From: Antedon mediterranea
Taxonomy: Eukaryota; Animalia; Echinodermata
DNA length: 64,000 nucleotides
Direction: 5' to 3'
NCBI RefSeq assembly: GCF_964355755.1
Contig: NC_092672.1
Location: 27,286,437-27,350,436, forward strand
Part shown: positions 10,830-25,503 of the stretch, in pieces
Numbering within the stretch: the first letter of the stretch is position 1
Layout of the letters: each line of letters opens with the position of its first letter
The notes under the pieces: generated by a model
What the model saw: the letters and a program-made list of their open reading frames with translations, nothing else
Databases searched by the model: none
Told to the model about the DNA's origin: nothing
Program-made: the position numbers and the translations under genes

Positions 10830-13800
10830 TTACATATTGACTTCTTTTTCCATGATAGTCTGTGAAATTGTATGGTCTAGAGATCCACGCATGCGTGATA
10901 AGGGGACGACTCTGTTAGAACGCCAAATGGCCCAAAACCAGCGAGTAAGTGAGTTAGGTACGAGTGACTGATATCCCGATAACAACACGGGTAGAAAAAA
11001 TAACCCATGAATTAATCCTAGTGTTATAACCAAAAAGATGGTTTTGAAAAATGATATAAACATTCGCGTTTGTGAATTAACTAGAACAAGAACCCCAAGT
11101 AAGGTAGAGATTGCAGCTTGAGAGATAGGCATTCCGATTGTATAGTAAGCGTCAATAAGCTTATCGTTACAAGAGGGGGATGGAGACACTGTGTATACGT
11201 ACGACATATGAGCTGTAAAATCAACACTAAATCCTATACATAAAATTATATTGATCATTGTGACGGTATCAAGACGAACTCCCCAAAATGTCATAAGCCC
11301 TAATACCCCAAGCTCTATGGAAGCTATTGACAAAACCACCCAGATGGAGCAGATTGGTTTTGGGACAAACAAAATAGAAACAATCATCATGGCGACTAAG
11401 GCAATTACAAGATTGGAAAGAGTGGCCGGAAAAATACTTTTGTACTGATCATATAATATAAAATATGTACTAAACGCAAAAGCTTCAAACTCAAAATCTG
11501 AAACAATTTCTCTAAAAGTTTCCATTAATTCCACATCTTCTGAAGTGTCAATTCCAACATGCTGTCTTTTCGAACCAACTAAAAACCGTCAGCTTATTAT
11601 ACGTGTTCTGTCTTCATTAAATACTAAATCAAGTTCGAAATGTTTAAATTGATTTTCAACAAGAAATTGATTTTGAAGTATGTTTAGAAAAATAGTGCCG
11701 TTAGTAGGTGCTTGACCAGTAATGGAAAGATATTTTTTAAACGATCGAATCCAGGAATCTGTAGTAAAGTATTCTGAATTTAACCCATATTTACTAGTTT
11801 CTAAATCGTTATGCAATTCCATGATGTAATTGATTACGTCAGGGTGCCAATACTCAATTTCCTCTGTAAAAACGATTTGTATTAAGGGACCATATGTCTG
11901 AAAAGAATTTTGTTCTATATCTTGAAATGGAATAACATACGAATCTTTTAAAACAATATCTCGAAAATCTAACCCTTTTTTTAGTTGGGTGACACCCCAC
12001 GTTGAAAAGCCTATGTACATAGCATACACAAGAAGTGCAGCAATTTTCATCCAAGATTTTCCCATTAGAGGCCCAAAGTAATCCCTAAAGAAAACCATAA
12101 TAATGTGAGATGAATCGGAGCTTGTTGTATTATAAGTACCTCCAGCACATAGTATTCTGTAACAGGAAGAATGAGCTACATCACCGGGAACTACTTTTTT
12201 ACAAGTTATACAATGTCTATTACTAGCTTCTCTTCGTCCTGTTATCACCATACACGAAAGAAAGAATGTTAACACGTAGACGTATACAAATAAAATGGAA
12301 ACGGCATTGTAGATACAGAAAAAAGAAACTCCTGGAAATACGCTGGTACAGCCAACAGCAAATGCAATGAAGTCTGTAAGTGAGGTGATAGTAATGGACA
12401 ACGCTGCTTCTGATAACGTTTCTGATAAACGATCTTCAACCGACGAACGTACATTTGTTTTCCGCCAAGAGGCGATCAATATATACATATCATCTATGCC
12501 AATACCTGAAATAGATAAAATAGCTTGCTCTGTTATCATTTAAGTGCTTTAATCTTACATGATTTGGGTAGCCGACTCCTAGTCCACTCAGATGTAAATA
12601 AATACTATGACTGAATATACTGGGAGGATGAGGCAGTTTGGAAAGGAACTTGCCTCCCTACCGCATTACTGCCGAGGCTTAGTAGGCCTACAATGAGACC
12701 CTAACATCTCATCTTTGGATTATCGGGTAATTATAATACCCTACACTTTGTCAGAGCGTATACGTACATAATGAGTGTGCGCATAACCATTGATTATTTT
12801 AACACATAAAAAAATAACAAGAACTACTGTACGTAGCACATGAAACATGTTCCGGTTCAACATATCTGCTCATACAAGACAGATGCTACTACACTAGTAC
12901 AATACAAGCCTACAACTATTTCAGCGTGTTTGAAAGATGGAATAAAAATGACTTACTCATAATAATAATTGGAGTTAATGCACATATGGCAGTAAATGTC
13001 ACTTCAAAGTATAACAGAAGTCCATTTGCAGCAAGTCCTCCAAGAACAGCGGATACAACACCAAGTAATGTTAAAATGGGTTTATTTACTACCCAGTCCA
13101 TAGTTGCTGAAGATATCAATGAGAATGACACAATGAGCAAGAAGGCGATTGGTATTAATGGTATTATACTAAAGGTAGAGATCAGAAACTCGTCGGAAAG
13201 AGCTGTTGACGTGTCACGTGAGATACGTATCACTTCCGAATCAAATCCTTCCATTGCTTTTAAAAACTTTTCTTCCCAAAGTTCGGAGATTTCAGATACT
13301 TTAAGATAATAAGAAAGTCTTATATACTTGGCTGATTTCACGATATCAGTTTCTTTAACGAACGTCACATCTCCTAATTCGGTTGCAATTCCAAACACCT
13401 TCCCTGTCGGATGAATAGTAAACGGATAGTTGATGGTAACGAATGGTACTTTGGTAGCATCGTAGTCGTAGACCTCCAATATTGAATTTGTTGCACAATC
13501 ACCCATCCACGAAAGACACATATTACGGAATGTATTTTCTAACCCATTATTCACGACAGAGATATCTAGTATTGTTTCATGAACTCGAATCACTTCCATA
13601 AATTCTTCACTTTGTAAAATATTCTGTTGTTGACTACCACTAATTATAACGCGTCCAAATGAAGTGGGCATCGACAATCGATTGACCAACATCCCATTAT
13701 TTTTTATGTTATAGACATCATCAATGTAATCTCTATTTCTTTTAGATTCAGCGTTTTTAGGTGTGCTCAGATACTCGATATTAGTAAAAAATTTTATTTG

Positions 13801-13938
13801 TTGAAAGCCAGATCCAAGACACAAACTGACGATGACCGGAACAAAAATGAAGGGTAGTGGATGACGACAAACTACCCTGGCGTATTTTGCATAAATATTG
13901 CTTAACGGCCGACTAATACAATCCAGATTAACTTCCAT
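10830..13938 (-). CDS. Patched domain-containing protein 3-like (RND/SSD family). Exons 13938-12957 and 12505-10830, with an in-frame TGA at 11591-11589.
   Basis: SSD motifs IGIDDM and SITITSLTD, and C-terminal IGFSVDFTAH and HGLFFLPVLL. The intron is GT-AG and phase-compatible. The ORFs on both sides of the TGA are in the same frame. Confidence 0.85.
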
Positions 13939-14400
13939 TTCTGTTGAAACACAACTAAATTCACTAATTATGATACTAAACTTTCAACTCTGCCTAATTA
14001 TGCTTTTAATGTATTTAAATCCAATAAGTTGCATACGTAATTACACCCAGACACAATAAATAATACATATATTCAATATTTAGTTTCAGTAGTAACTTTG
14101 AGTCTTTGTAAATAATATTTACACCTTACTCAAGTTCCGTTAGACCAGGTAGAGGAAAATGAAGTAAATCGTCGTCTTTCATCAAATATTATGTAAACCT
14201 ACTTTTCTGTACTTGTAACACTTCAATCGGCATACTTTTGAACACAAATCATGAAGTTCATCGGATTTCAGAAATCACCTAAACAAATTCCTGCACAAAA
14301 TGCAGACACGACCATCTTATAGTGAAAAAAAAAACACTTTTGCGACGAACGTACCAAGATAATTGGTACGTTTGTCGCAAAAGTTTGTCATGTCATGATC

Positions 14401-14413
14401 GTTGCTAAGCAAC
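14401..14413. promoter_or_regulatory. Candidate RFX X-box upstream of the PTCHD3-like gene
   Basis: Near-palindromic GTTGCTAAGCAAC fits the X-box consensus and lies about 460 bp upstream of the ATG. Confidence 0.35.
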
Positions 14414-17400
14414 CGTCGCTGTGTTTACTATAAGGAAATAGAAATGTTGGCAGGTCTATTATATTGTATGAACAGAAACTAAAATAGAGACTGTTTGTTA
14501 GAAAAATTGTATTATGTATCATAAATGAACTTCAGTCTGGTAAACGTAAATGTAAATCCCCCTAATTTTACGAATGTAGTGATAAAACACATTGTTGATC
14601 TTGAATACATCAATTGTATTGAATTTGCAGAATTGTCGACATTACCATCTCTCACACCAGGGAGTTGTTCAATTCTTCAGAATTCGTATCTATAACCAAA
14701 CAAATAACAAAACAAAAAAGCCCTAATAATTGTACTGTATATTTCTATCCCGAAAGTAAATAGTATGCATAACAATATTATCTATCTATTTATACATTTT
14801 ACTACCATTAATTCATTTCATTCAATCTGTTATTTCGGAATAGAAAGTAAAATTACATATAAATTAATAACAATTAATAAGACTGTACGAATTACTACTA
14901 CTCATCTCAGGGTGGCATCTTTGACTTACATAAGACGTTCTCTATAATCGTTGAGCCTAAAACATTTTCACTTGAATTGATTCTACACATCAAATATTGA
15001 TAATATTCAAAAGGTAATGCGAATGTTTAATAAGGAGAAGAATGTAAGGCCAACACATGATCTAGAACAAGGTAACCAACATGCCAAAAGTTTGTTCGTT
15101 GAGTACGCCGCCCTCCGTAGACCGATCCGAATGAAACTTAGGCTAAAGCTAGCTATACAAATTAGATAATGTAAAATATGCGACTGCTATTCCATCGTTA
15201 TCGTTACTATGATAACATGTATAAGATACTCGTTAACCGTTTCAAACTTATTTCTGTTCAATCATCTTTATATTACATTAGGCCTATATTATTTCAACAC
15301 AACAATTTTCATTTTTATGTATTATTCATACAAGGTCATATTATATTTCAATTTAATAATAATAAATAAATAATAGGTTCAGTATTTAGGCCTGTAATAA
15401 TTCACATTCTTTCCCATGAATTCATCACTCAATATATCAATATACAGTAGCCCACGCTAGACACCTTACACGTTGATTTACCTGTGTGACGTCATTTTAC
15501 CTGTTGCGTTGGAATGTATGACGACATTTGTAATTGCATTTCACAAGTCAAGTGCGTTCCAATCGTTACTGCAATTACGAATTATGGTTAATTCAAGTTT
15601 CTATTATAGTAACAATTTGTGTTTTTACTGAAACAAGCCCGTCCCTCCACTGTTTTTTTAGGAGAATGAAATGGGATCGCGTCGTAATAACGAACGTCCA
15701 GTTTACCATTACGAATTAGGCTATCCTTGTCTTAAGAATATCGGTATGCCTAAAATATGATAAATGTTCAGCAATTAGATGCCTTAGTGCCAAGACGTGC
15801 TCTCCCACAAGGAGGAACTTAATTATGTATAATTAAGAATAGTAGTGATACAATTTTATTTTTTTTATATAAAAGTAAAGATAATCTCTGTACCAGTCGC
15901 CACACCTAATTTAAATATTATTTGACAACCACCTGTATGGTTTGTTAAGAACCAAGAATTAAATGTGTATTCGTCATCTTAACAGAAGGTACACGAGTTT
16001 ACAACATTTGTGAGTAAAAATTACTTATTTATTAGAAACAGATTATAATAAACTATTTTATAGAAATATAATAGTAACATAAAATCGTTATTGAATGGAA
16101 TCATATGAAGTGAGGCCTGACAAGTTGATAGATAATGCTCGGGATAATGCTCGGGATAATGCTCCGAGGGAGTTATATAGTGTGTATTCAGTTAGCCTGT
16201 GAATGATGGTGGACGTAACATTGCCGTTCGTTGTATTACGTTACTTATTCACGTTTATGGATGAGCATTTTTTGTTTCAAAATTATCCAAATCGGTTTTT
16301 TTGATTTCTCTCTAGTGGAAGGCTATGGTGTATCGTATCTATCTTGCGCGGGCCTCAGAAGCCAGACAGCAGACTTATTTAGTTCAAAGTTAAAAAAAAA
16401 AAAAAAAATTGTAAAAAAAAAAATAAAAAAAATATTTGGATATTGCTTGGTGAAAATATGTACAGTATATGGAAAAAATGGTTGCGGAAACATCGGGTAG
16501 GTTATGTGTCAATAACGCGATGAGAAAATGTCGACATCCCGAATAAAATATCGATCGTCAAACACTACAGAAAGAATGATAAAAGGAGTAATAAGAAATA
16601 AATAGAATGTTGTACTGTATCTTGTTATCATATCATACTGTTTGCCAACCAAATGTCAATTTTCATATTATTCCTAGTTCCTAGAGCATTCACTGACTGT
16701 AGCCACTCCTTAGCTGTACAAACAGCATTCATTAGGGATTGGCTTTTAACTTCCGAGACCAATGAACCAATAACATAATAACACTATCGTTGGAAAACAT
16801 ATCGTTATGAACTGAATAAAAACAGAGGAACTGACAAATATTAAAGATGTATTGTCTCCCAATGCAACAATATTAACAATAAAGATTAAAAAAAAAACGA
16901 ATTTGAATAGGCTATTTGTAGTTGTAATTAATCACGAAAAAACAAAAATAATGTTGTCTCCTATAAAATGACAAAATAAACGGTTAAATTGAACCAAAAA
17001 CCAATTAATGGTGCTGGCAACCAATATGACTATTTTTCGCTTTAATTTACAGTTTTTCAGGTAAATAATGTTTTGGTTGATGAGAGTATTATTCGAACCT
17101 ACAAAAAATGTCATTACAAACTTCAATTTTTAGTTGCTCCTATGCTAACCATGTGTAATTATAACAAGCAGTAATTTAAATCCTTTATATCCGCTGAATA
17201 ATCTAAACGAAAACAAAACATGTAATTGAAGAAACGGAATATTGTGAATTCCTCGTTTCGATTTGACCATTTTCAAGAAACAATGATGAAATAGATCAAA
17301 ACGTAGAATTCTCACGACAGGCCTCTCGTATGTTTTATACTGTATATTTTTATGTATGTTTGACTGCACGCTCTTGTAATTCATTCGGGTAGAAAGTTTC

Positions 17401-17794
17401 TTATCTCTTATTTGGGGTTATCTTTTCTTTCATTGTATGATTATTATTAAATATTACATAATTGTATTTGCATTTAATTCATTTTTTTTGTTTTTTAATT
17501 TAATATTGCATTGTAATAAGGATCACGGTGAGACAAGTGTACCAACTTCTAATTTATGTATGTTTGACTGCACGCTCTTGTAATTCATTCGGGTAGAACG
17601 TTTTCTTCTTCTTTTTTTTTTTCTGGGTGGGGGGGGGGGGGGGGGGTTATTTGTTGTTTCATTGTATGATTAATTTATTACATATTATTACATAATTGTA
17701 CTGTATTTGCATTTAATTCATTTTTAAAAATTTAATATTGTATTGTAATAAGGGTCAAGATGAGACAAGTACCAACTTCTAATCTTTATCCTAA

Positions 17795-18220
17795 TACTGT
17801 ACTGTCTGTCCTTCTCTACGGGTCATCGACATGGACCCTAACTAAGAAACTTGAAAACACTCTAAACGGAACATATACTAGGATGCTACGAGCCGTTCTT
17901 AACGTTTCGTGGCAAGAGCACCTCTCGAACGCTCAGCTATATGGGAATCTTCGCAAGATCACCGATGTTATCAAAGAAAGAAGAGTCCGCTTTGTTGGAC
18001 ACTCTTTCCGCAACAAAAGTGAACTGATAAGCGAACTTATGCTCTGGATGCCATCACATGGGACAAGAAGACCAGGCAGGCCCCCAAAATCATTCATTGA
18101 CCAAAGTTGCGGACTCCGGCCATAAAATTGAAGAGCTACCAGGAGCAATGATGAACAGAGACGGCTGGAAATAAGTAGTTAAAAGAATCCGAGCAAGCTC
18201 GACGCAGTAGTAGGAGTAGT
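17795..18220 (+). mobile_element. 5'-truncated RTE-clade LINE 3' end
   Basis: VLLYGSSTWTLTK..YTRMLRAVLNVSW..RFVGH..RRPGRP translation followed by a short (TAG)n-like tail. Confidence 0.8.
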
Positions 18221-20501
18221 ACCATCATTATTATTAATGAAAAAATGTTATTATTGAACTTGAACTTTTTAGGTTAGCAAGGAGTTTATTAACTATACAT
18301 CTAGGCCCTATATAATAACCACTTAAAAGAATATTCTTTTTTTTTAAGTAGCCCAAGATACTTCAACTCCCAACAAAAAGCAATTAATGCAACGCAAACT
18401 CTCTATACTTGGAATTTAACCTGTATAAAGTGCGTGGAAACTTGCATGATAATCAAACTGAGTTTTATAACTACGTCACAATAAACCGGAAACCACAGAG
18501 TAAAGCAAGCTCATGTTATATATACAATTCGGATGTAATGAAGGCGATACAGATCATTAGCGTCCTTTCCACCATAGAATGACTCTTAATAAAAAACAAT
18601 TATTTTCGCGCGTATAACCCAAGTATTTCGCGCTAAATTGTGACATGACTATTGTGACGTAGGCCTACATGGTATGACTTGCGCGTCAATGTGCCCGACG
18701 ATGTGTTTTTTGGGGATTTAAATTTTGAAGCATAGACCATTCATATTTAACTCACAGATTACTAATAATGATGGATGTCTTTTTCATCAGCCACTGACAG
18801 CTAGCTGAACAAGAGAAGGGACATCTTATAGTCATTAGGCCAATTTAACATATTAGATATTAAAAGTTTTAACTTTTAAAACCATGAATAGGCCTATATG
18901 TTAAATCAACAAATCAAAATCTGAATCACAAGTTATTTTATAAAGCTATTACACTATCAAACTACAGTAGTTTGACAAAAAAAGTGTGATGTACCTAAAT
19001 ATGGTAGTGATATGTCAAAATATGGTAGTGATATGACATCATGCCCATATATGAGCACATCACATTTGTTGTGGCATAAAGTTTAATAGTGTAGACAGAG
19101 CTTAAAGATGCAGGAAGGCATATGACACATATAAATCATATACAATAAAATAATACGCGGGGAATTAACTCCAAATAAAGAGACGGAACATTTTTCCTCA
19201 TATTATTTTCTCTGAAATTATTATGTCTATCGTCTGGTAGCATATAAAACAAATTCAACTTCTACTTTTGGTTGTTGATTTTTACCTATTTGTTTAGGGG
19301 TAGGAATGGAATGTACACAAACATAACACTTACAATAGATAAGATAAAGAGAAATTGTTAAATAAATTTGTATTATTTAATACAACAATCCATTATTATA
19401 CAATGTCTGTACAGCGTCAACTTTGGCGTTGAGAACTACACACAAATTATAGCAATACACAAAATTATTAATTCAATTCAATAGAATATTAATATTTAAT
19501 AGTTTAATAGTTTTTGTGTTACTATTCAACGAATAGTGTAGAATCCTTCATTTGAGACACCTCTATTCAGGGGGAACCCCATGGGTACTTTCCTGTGACA
19601 CAATTAAGATAAATGTTTTTAACACTATGGTCAACCTCTATTAAAGGGACACTACTATTAAAGGGACACTACTATTAAAGGGACACTATGTTGGATCCCA
19701 TAGGGGTTTTACTGTAATTGGAATTATTGATTAATGAATGCATGATATACCATGTACGTATTATCAGTTTCTGTACATCTTAATACTGTATAACTTATAT
19801 ATATATTATATAACTGTTACGTTTAATGCTATTTATAATACAGTAACATATGATTAAATTCAATTTCACTGTAGTATAATTAAACATTAATGTTAAGGTA
19901 TAGGCCTAATCTATTCAAATTGAAATACAGTAGGAGTTGGTTATAGCCTACAGTATTACATAAAGACATCTCATGATCTAACCAGAAAAGCCTCCAATCA
20001 AAAATGACCTTCAACAGGATTCTACCTTTTTGTCATTAATCCTCATTGTATGACCACAGCAATTTACCAGCTCAATTTTACATCAAATTTTTAATATAAA
20101 TTTTTCAATAATTTTTGTAGTAATTCGTATAGCAATTAAATTAAACGCAACATGATATAAAACGTTTCAAAATGTGAATTCAATCCAACTAAAAATAATC
20201 CATTTGCTGAAATATACACATCATCCAGTCATATCTCATAATCATAATTGTACTTTTTCATTCAAGTATTAAATTGCCTTATGTATAGATATTGAATATT
20301 AAATAAATAGTTTTTGTTATAATAGGTACCGTGTTCTATAATTAATATTAGTATATGTTTTATAATGATACCATATTGTTGTGTGTGATTATCATGACTC
20401 TCCCATTTGCAATATTTACAATATTTCAACATAAAAATAAATGAATGTTATTGAATATAAAGATAGGTACAACAGTGTGTTATAGAAAAAAAGAACACAA
20501 A

Positions 20502-23500
20502 TTAAACATTTTCCTTTTCTGTAAAAATTTCAAATTTAGCAGAGAGACGAGTTCCTGTCGATCCCAGGCTGTTTTGTCGTTTGCGGAATTCACCACTGTT
20601 GCGATCCAACCTGACGTATGTACGTGTTTTGTTGGTGAACACCGGCGAGTCGCTATGATGATTACGGGTTGCTAAGGGCGAGCGTTGTTGGCCCTGCGAT
20701 AATTCTTGGATCTTCTTTTTGTTGATTTTCTTCAAGCTTGGGCGGTTTGTCTTGGCTTTTTTTAGTAACTCTATAGTGTACAACATTTTAAAAACATTAC
20801 AAAATATCCCCGAGATAGATATATTAGGAAATATAATAATAATAATAATAAATATAATAAAAAAAAAAAATAGGACTTGTATTGGACGTAAAAAAACTGA
20901 TTACTGTATTTACAGTAAGCATTTTTGTGAAGAGGCGCCATTCCTATCACATTTCAGTAATTTTCAACAGTGAGTAGAATCCCTCCTTTGTTGGGTCTTC
21001 TTAAGCTCTGTCTACACTATCACACTTTGTGACAAAAAAATGTGATGTGCCCATATATTGACATGATGATGGCATATCACTACCATATTTGGTCATATCA
21101 CTACCATATTTGGTCATATCACTACCATATTTGGGTACGCCACACCTTTTTGTTCAGTGTAGATAGAGCTTTAGAGGGGTTCTACTGTATTTATATTGAA
21201 ATTAAAGGTGTAAAACGATTTTGAAAAAAAAAAAAATATATTTATAATTTTCTGCAATAATTGTAACTTTGTTTTCCCCCACCCCCATGTTTTTTCATTG
21301 ATTAAACAAACTAGAGTAGAATACTGACCATTTTTGTCTGTCTGTTCGTCCCTATAAATGACATCCTTCTTGGTGTTAGTCCTCTCCAGTGTCGCCAACT
21401 CGTCATCGTATTCAGGAGTTGAGATTTGTTTAAAACCCTCTGTAATCGCTGCTATTTCTTTATTTAGGCTAACCACAGTTGTTTGTACTGTATCATTTGT
21501 TACTTCAATTGTTGGAGGAGATGGCGTCTGCTTTACGTTAAAAACGAATGTGTCTGTATTGTCCGATTCTAAAAAAAAAGAGAAAAACAATATAATTATT
21601 ATCAATTTTCATGAAATGTTGTCTAAAATTCAATACAATGTCAATTTTCTTTTAAAAAATTTGAAGCAATTAAAACAATATCTGAAAATATTTTAATTTT
21701 GTTTGTAAATCAATGAAAATGTTTGTAATATTATGGTTAATGATTTGATAAATTTATTTCTTTTGATATACGCATTAAAAGAATGATATATGAGATTTTA
21801 TTATTCTCTTCTTTCTGGATTAAGGAATGACATTGCATCATTTCAAATCAAAATGAAAGAACAATAAAGACCATTATTGAAAAGAATAAGGCAAGTTAAG
21901 TAGGTCGCCTGGTTGAGGAATTCATTGTGGTATACCAGAACACCACTAAAATTAATTAAATGAAATAGAGGACAAGGTAAAGACAGGGTCAAAATATATT
22001 CCATATTTCAGCTTTGATCAGGTCACAAGAGGTCAATATATATGATCAATTACATTTTTTCCCATTTCGTTTTGCAGGCAATTTTTACAATCTCAATACA
22101 GGGAACACCTCTAATAAGGGGACACTTTTCTCAATGAAACAAGAAATATGTTTTATTAAGACTACTTCAGGGACACCCCTATTACAGAGATGCCTTGTTG
22201 GGTCCTGAAGGTGTCTTTAATACTGTATTCTGATAGGTGTATTATAAATGTTCGGCAAGGAATATTTGTAATCATTCAATTAGCTAAACGCTATTATAAA
22301 ATGCATAATAATAATTTTTACAGATTAAAAAAACATTAAAACATAATTTGTGGATTTTCTAATACATTTGACAGTTTAAGGAAATTTGAAGTAGGAATAA
22401 TATTTTGGCTTAAATAATTTAAATGAATATTTTAAGATTCCAACCTTTTGTGTTGCAATTAAAACCTTGTACATGGTATTAATGTTAGGAATTGAAATTT
22501 GAACTTTACTTCCTTTTACTAAAACCAACTTTTCCACAGGAAGAGGAAGTGAAAATAAAACATTTTATTTGTGGTTGATTACAATTTACTGTAGGTAGGA
22601 TTATAATTCTTCAGTAAGTAAGTTGGTATAGGAACAATATTTAATTATTATGATGAAAAGAGTTTCATTTTACAAAGATGGAAACAGTTTGGAAAACCCC
22701 ATTTTCACAGACAATAAAGATTGTAAAATTTCCCTTTTATACAAGAAAAAGGTCACCCTAAAAACATCAATAGTAAACATCTTGAGAAAATAAATACTGT
22801 AGGCCTAATAATCTTGAAAATACTTTAATTGAGATCGAAACCAGAGGAACATGTTTTCACTAATACTATAATGCTATTTTCATATTAAATTTAAAATGGT
22901 TAAGTAATAGTATTCAGTAAAGAAAATTCACACTATTTTCCGTCGTCAGCGTTCCAAGATGTAAATGACAACTTTTAGTTTTGGCACCAAATTAGCTACG
23001 GTATACAGAAGAACTGTAAAGTAAAGCCACTCATCATCACACAAATAAATTGAAACAGTCATGTGAAACTAACAAAAAAATGTTTGTTTTATTTGGCCTA
23101 AACTAAACTTAAAGTTTTCCCTAAATTTGTATACTGAAAACTATGTAGGCCTACACTCTTAATTGTCTGGAAATAAAAAATAGTAGTATAGCATGCTTTG
23201 GCCTTGATATTACATTTTATCAGACAAAAAAAGTGTACCTCCTTGAACTTAAAAAGGAATATGGTTTAAATATCACATGCTAGAACAAGTGAAGAGGCCA
23301 CTTTAAGTTCATTTCATTGAGAACGCAGACAAATAAGATTGATCTCTGGCATACAGGAAGCGACAGTAGTGATTGCGACACCGCAGGATGATCCCTCTTT
23401 GAGTGCTCTTGTCGAATTTCATCACGTTTTTTTTTAAGCGACAATATACTGTAGGGTACTAGTGTTTTATCATGTGTATTAGTTAGTAGTTAGTGTACAA

Positions 23501-25503
23501 AGCAAAGTAACAGTACTAAGTTGTACACCCAAACCGGCACTAATGCAGTTTCGTAGCCACCCCTTAACAATAACATACTCAAAATTGTTGAATAGAGGTT
23601 TGGTAATCAAAGAAGAGAGATGATGAGTTTGTGTTACTTCACACTGGTACAGTACATTGTTTTTTTTTAGGGTATAAAAATAAAAGTGCTCCTTGTACAG
23701 TATCTAAGCGCAATTTTGTATCACACACAACCCTAAAACCTTTTCAGAAATTTTGTAAGTCTACTTTTGTTACCCTTGCATTCTATATAAAAAAATTCTT
23801 CAATTAAGTGAAAATAAAATTTAATAGTACTAGCCACATGATTTGACATTGCAAAATCCTCATGTGATACAGTGGTGGTGAAACAAACTGTATATTGTTT
23901 CAATTGGTTTTTAAACTAATTAAACAAGTTTTCATTATTATCCTATGTTATTAATAATATTGTATTCACTTTCAAATCCTTTGCTTCTCATGGTCATGTG
24001 TCATGAAGTTATTTAAAGAAACAGTCATAATTTTTCAATAGTTCCTTGAATGAACAATGTTGAGCAATCTACTGTATCTAGGCCTACAAGTATAAATCTC
24101 TGTCTACACTATCAAATTTGATGTGACAAAAAATGTGATGTGCCCATAGGGAAATGATGATGTCATATCACTACCATATTTGAGTATTACACTTACAGTA
24201 TCTCTATCATATTTAGACACATTACCCCTTTTTTGTCAAACTTATTTTGATAGTGTAGACTGAGCTTAACAGTTAACTGTTTATTTTAACAGTACTGGTT
24301 TTAACGACTGCCATATCCACACCCAAGAAAAAGAAATGTACTAAATGGTCAATTTAATTAGTAATAATAATATATTTCATATCTGTTGTGAGACTTTTAA
24401 GTTACATTACAGTATGACTAAAAATTGATTTTTTTTATAAAACTATCCCTTCAATCAATCCTATTTTCAGTACTTAATTCAAATTAATTTTAATTTTTAA
24501 ATACTGTAATAATAAATTATGTTTAATCCCAAACTTGATTAAACCAATAGACTGTGCAAAATATCAAACAAGTGAGTAACCACATGTTACTGTGTACCAT
24601 ACTAACTACTGTACAAATATTTGAAAGTTTTGAATCATTTTAGTATTTTAAACTGAATTGATTTTCTAGAAAGTTGGTTAACCACAGGTACTGTATGGAA
24701 ATCACCACCAGTAGAAATGAACACTGAATCCTTGTACTGTTTTAATGTAGAGTTTATGACTCACACAAACAGGTTGTACAATTCATTTAGTCACCCACAC
24801 CACACACAAATCAATGAATCAATTATTTACTCACCTTACTGTGATTGTAATACAAATTAGGTCATGTTTAAACAATTATAATGCTATTATGAAGTACAGA
24901 TGGTATATCATTCACAGAAAATAATAGTAATCATTGTAAAAAAAGAGGTACTGTACAGTGAGTCTATCAATATCAAGAAGTTACAACAAAGTAATACAGA
25001 GTATATAATGGCAATGGACGATAAGAAAATAATAAAAAAAAAAAAAACAATGAGAACTATTGTTTATAAATTTGTTTTATGAAAAGAATTTTAGTTTGTT
25101 TTAAAGTTTCGTGTAAATGATGTATGAAAACAAATTGATTAAAATGAAAAAAAAAAAAGATGATAATTTACTAACTGTAGTAGTTTTCCTTACCTTTCTC
25201 TGTTGAATATTTTAAAAATATTGGCGTTCTTGCGACAGTTTCACAGGGTGATCTTGGATCACTCAGAGGAATAGGGGTACGTGGACAATTCGGTGATCGA
25301 GGATCAACAAAGTAGTCTGCTTTTTTGACTGGAGTTGAACACAAATCAACTTCACTGCCAACACGTGCATTGTCCATCCCATTCTCTACAGAAATCGGTG
25401 TTCTGTCGATTCCCGTTGTCGGTGATCTTGGATCCCTAAGTAACTTCCGATGCGTATTCGGTGTTTGATTACCTTCGATACCCTTGCTTTCTAAAGCACC
25501 CAT
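20502..25503 (-). CDS. CDCA3: Cell division cycle-associated protein 3 (TOME-1)-like. Exons 25503-25194, 21568-21329 and 20770-20502.
   Basis: MG start, three DPRSP..RTPI motifs, an RSPL motif and a C-terminal KEN box (EKENV*). Both introns are GT-AG and phase 1. It lies next to USP5, as in vertebrates. Confidence 0.85.
21004..21170. mobile_element. MITE with AGCTCTGTCTACACTATC TIRs and TTA/TAA target (PIF/Harbinger-like)
   Basis: TTA on both sides. Other copies at about 18943-19103, 24098-24268, 59983-60070 (partial) and 60414-60556. Confidence 0.7.

Noticed and set aside
11589-11591. Selenocysteine codon
   Set aside because: The homologous position is expected to be Ser rather than Cys and no SECIS was recognised; kept only as a nonsense/readthrough question.
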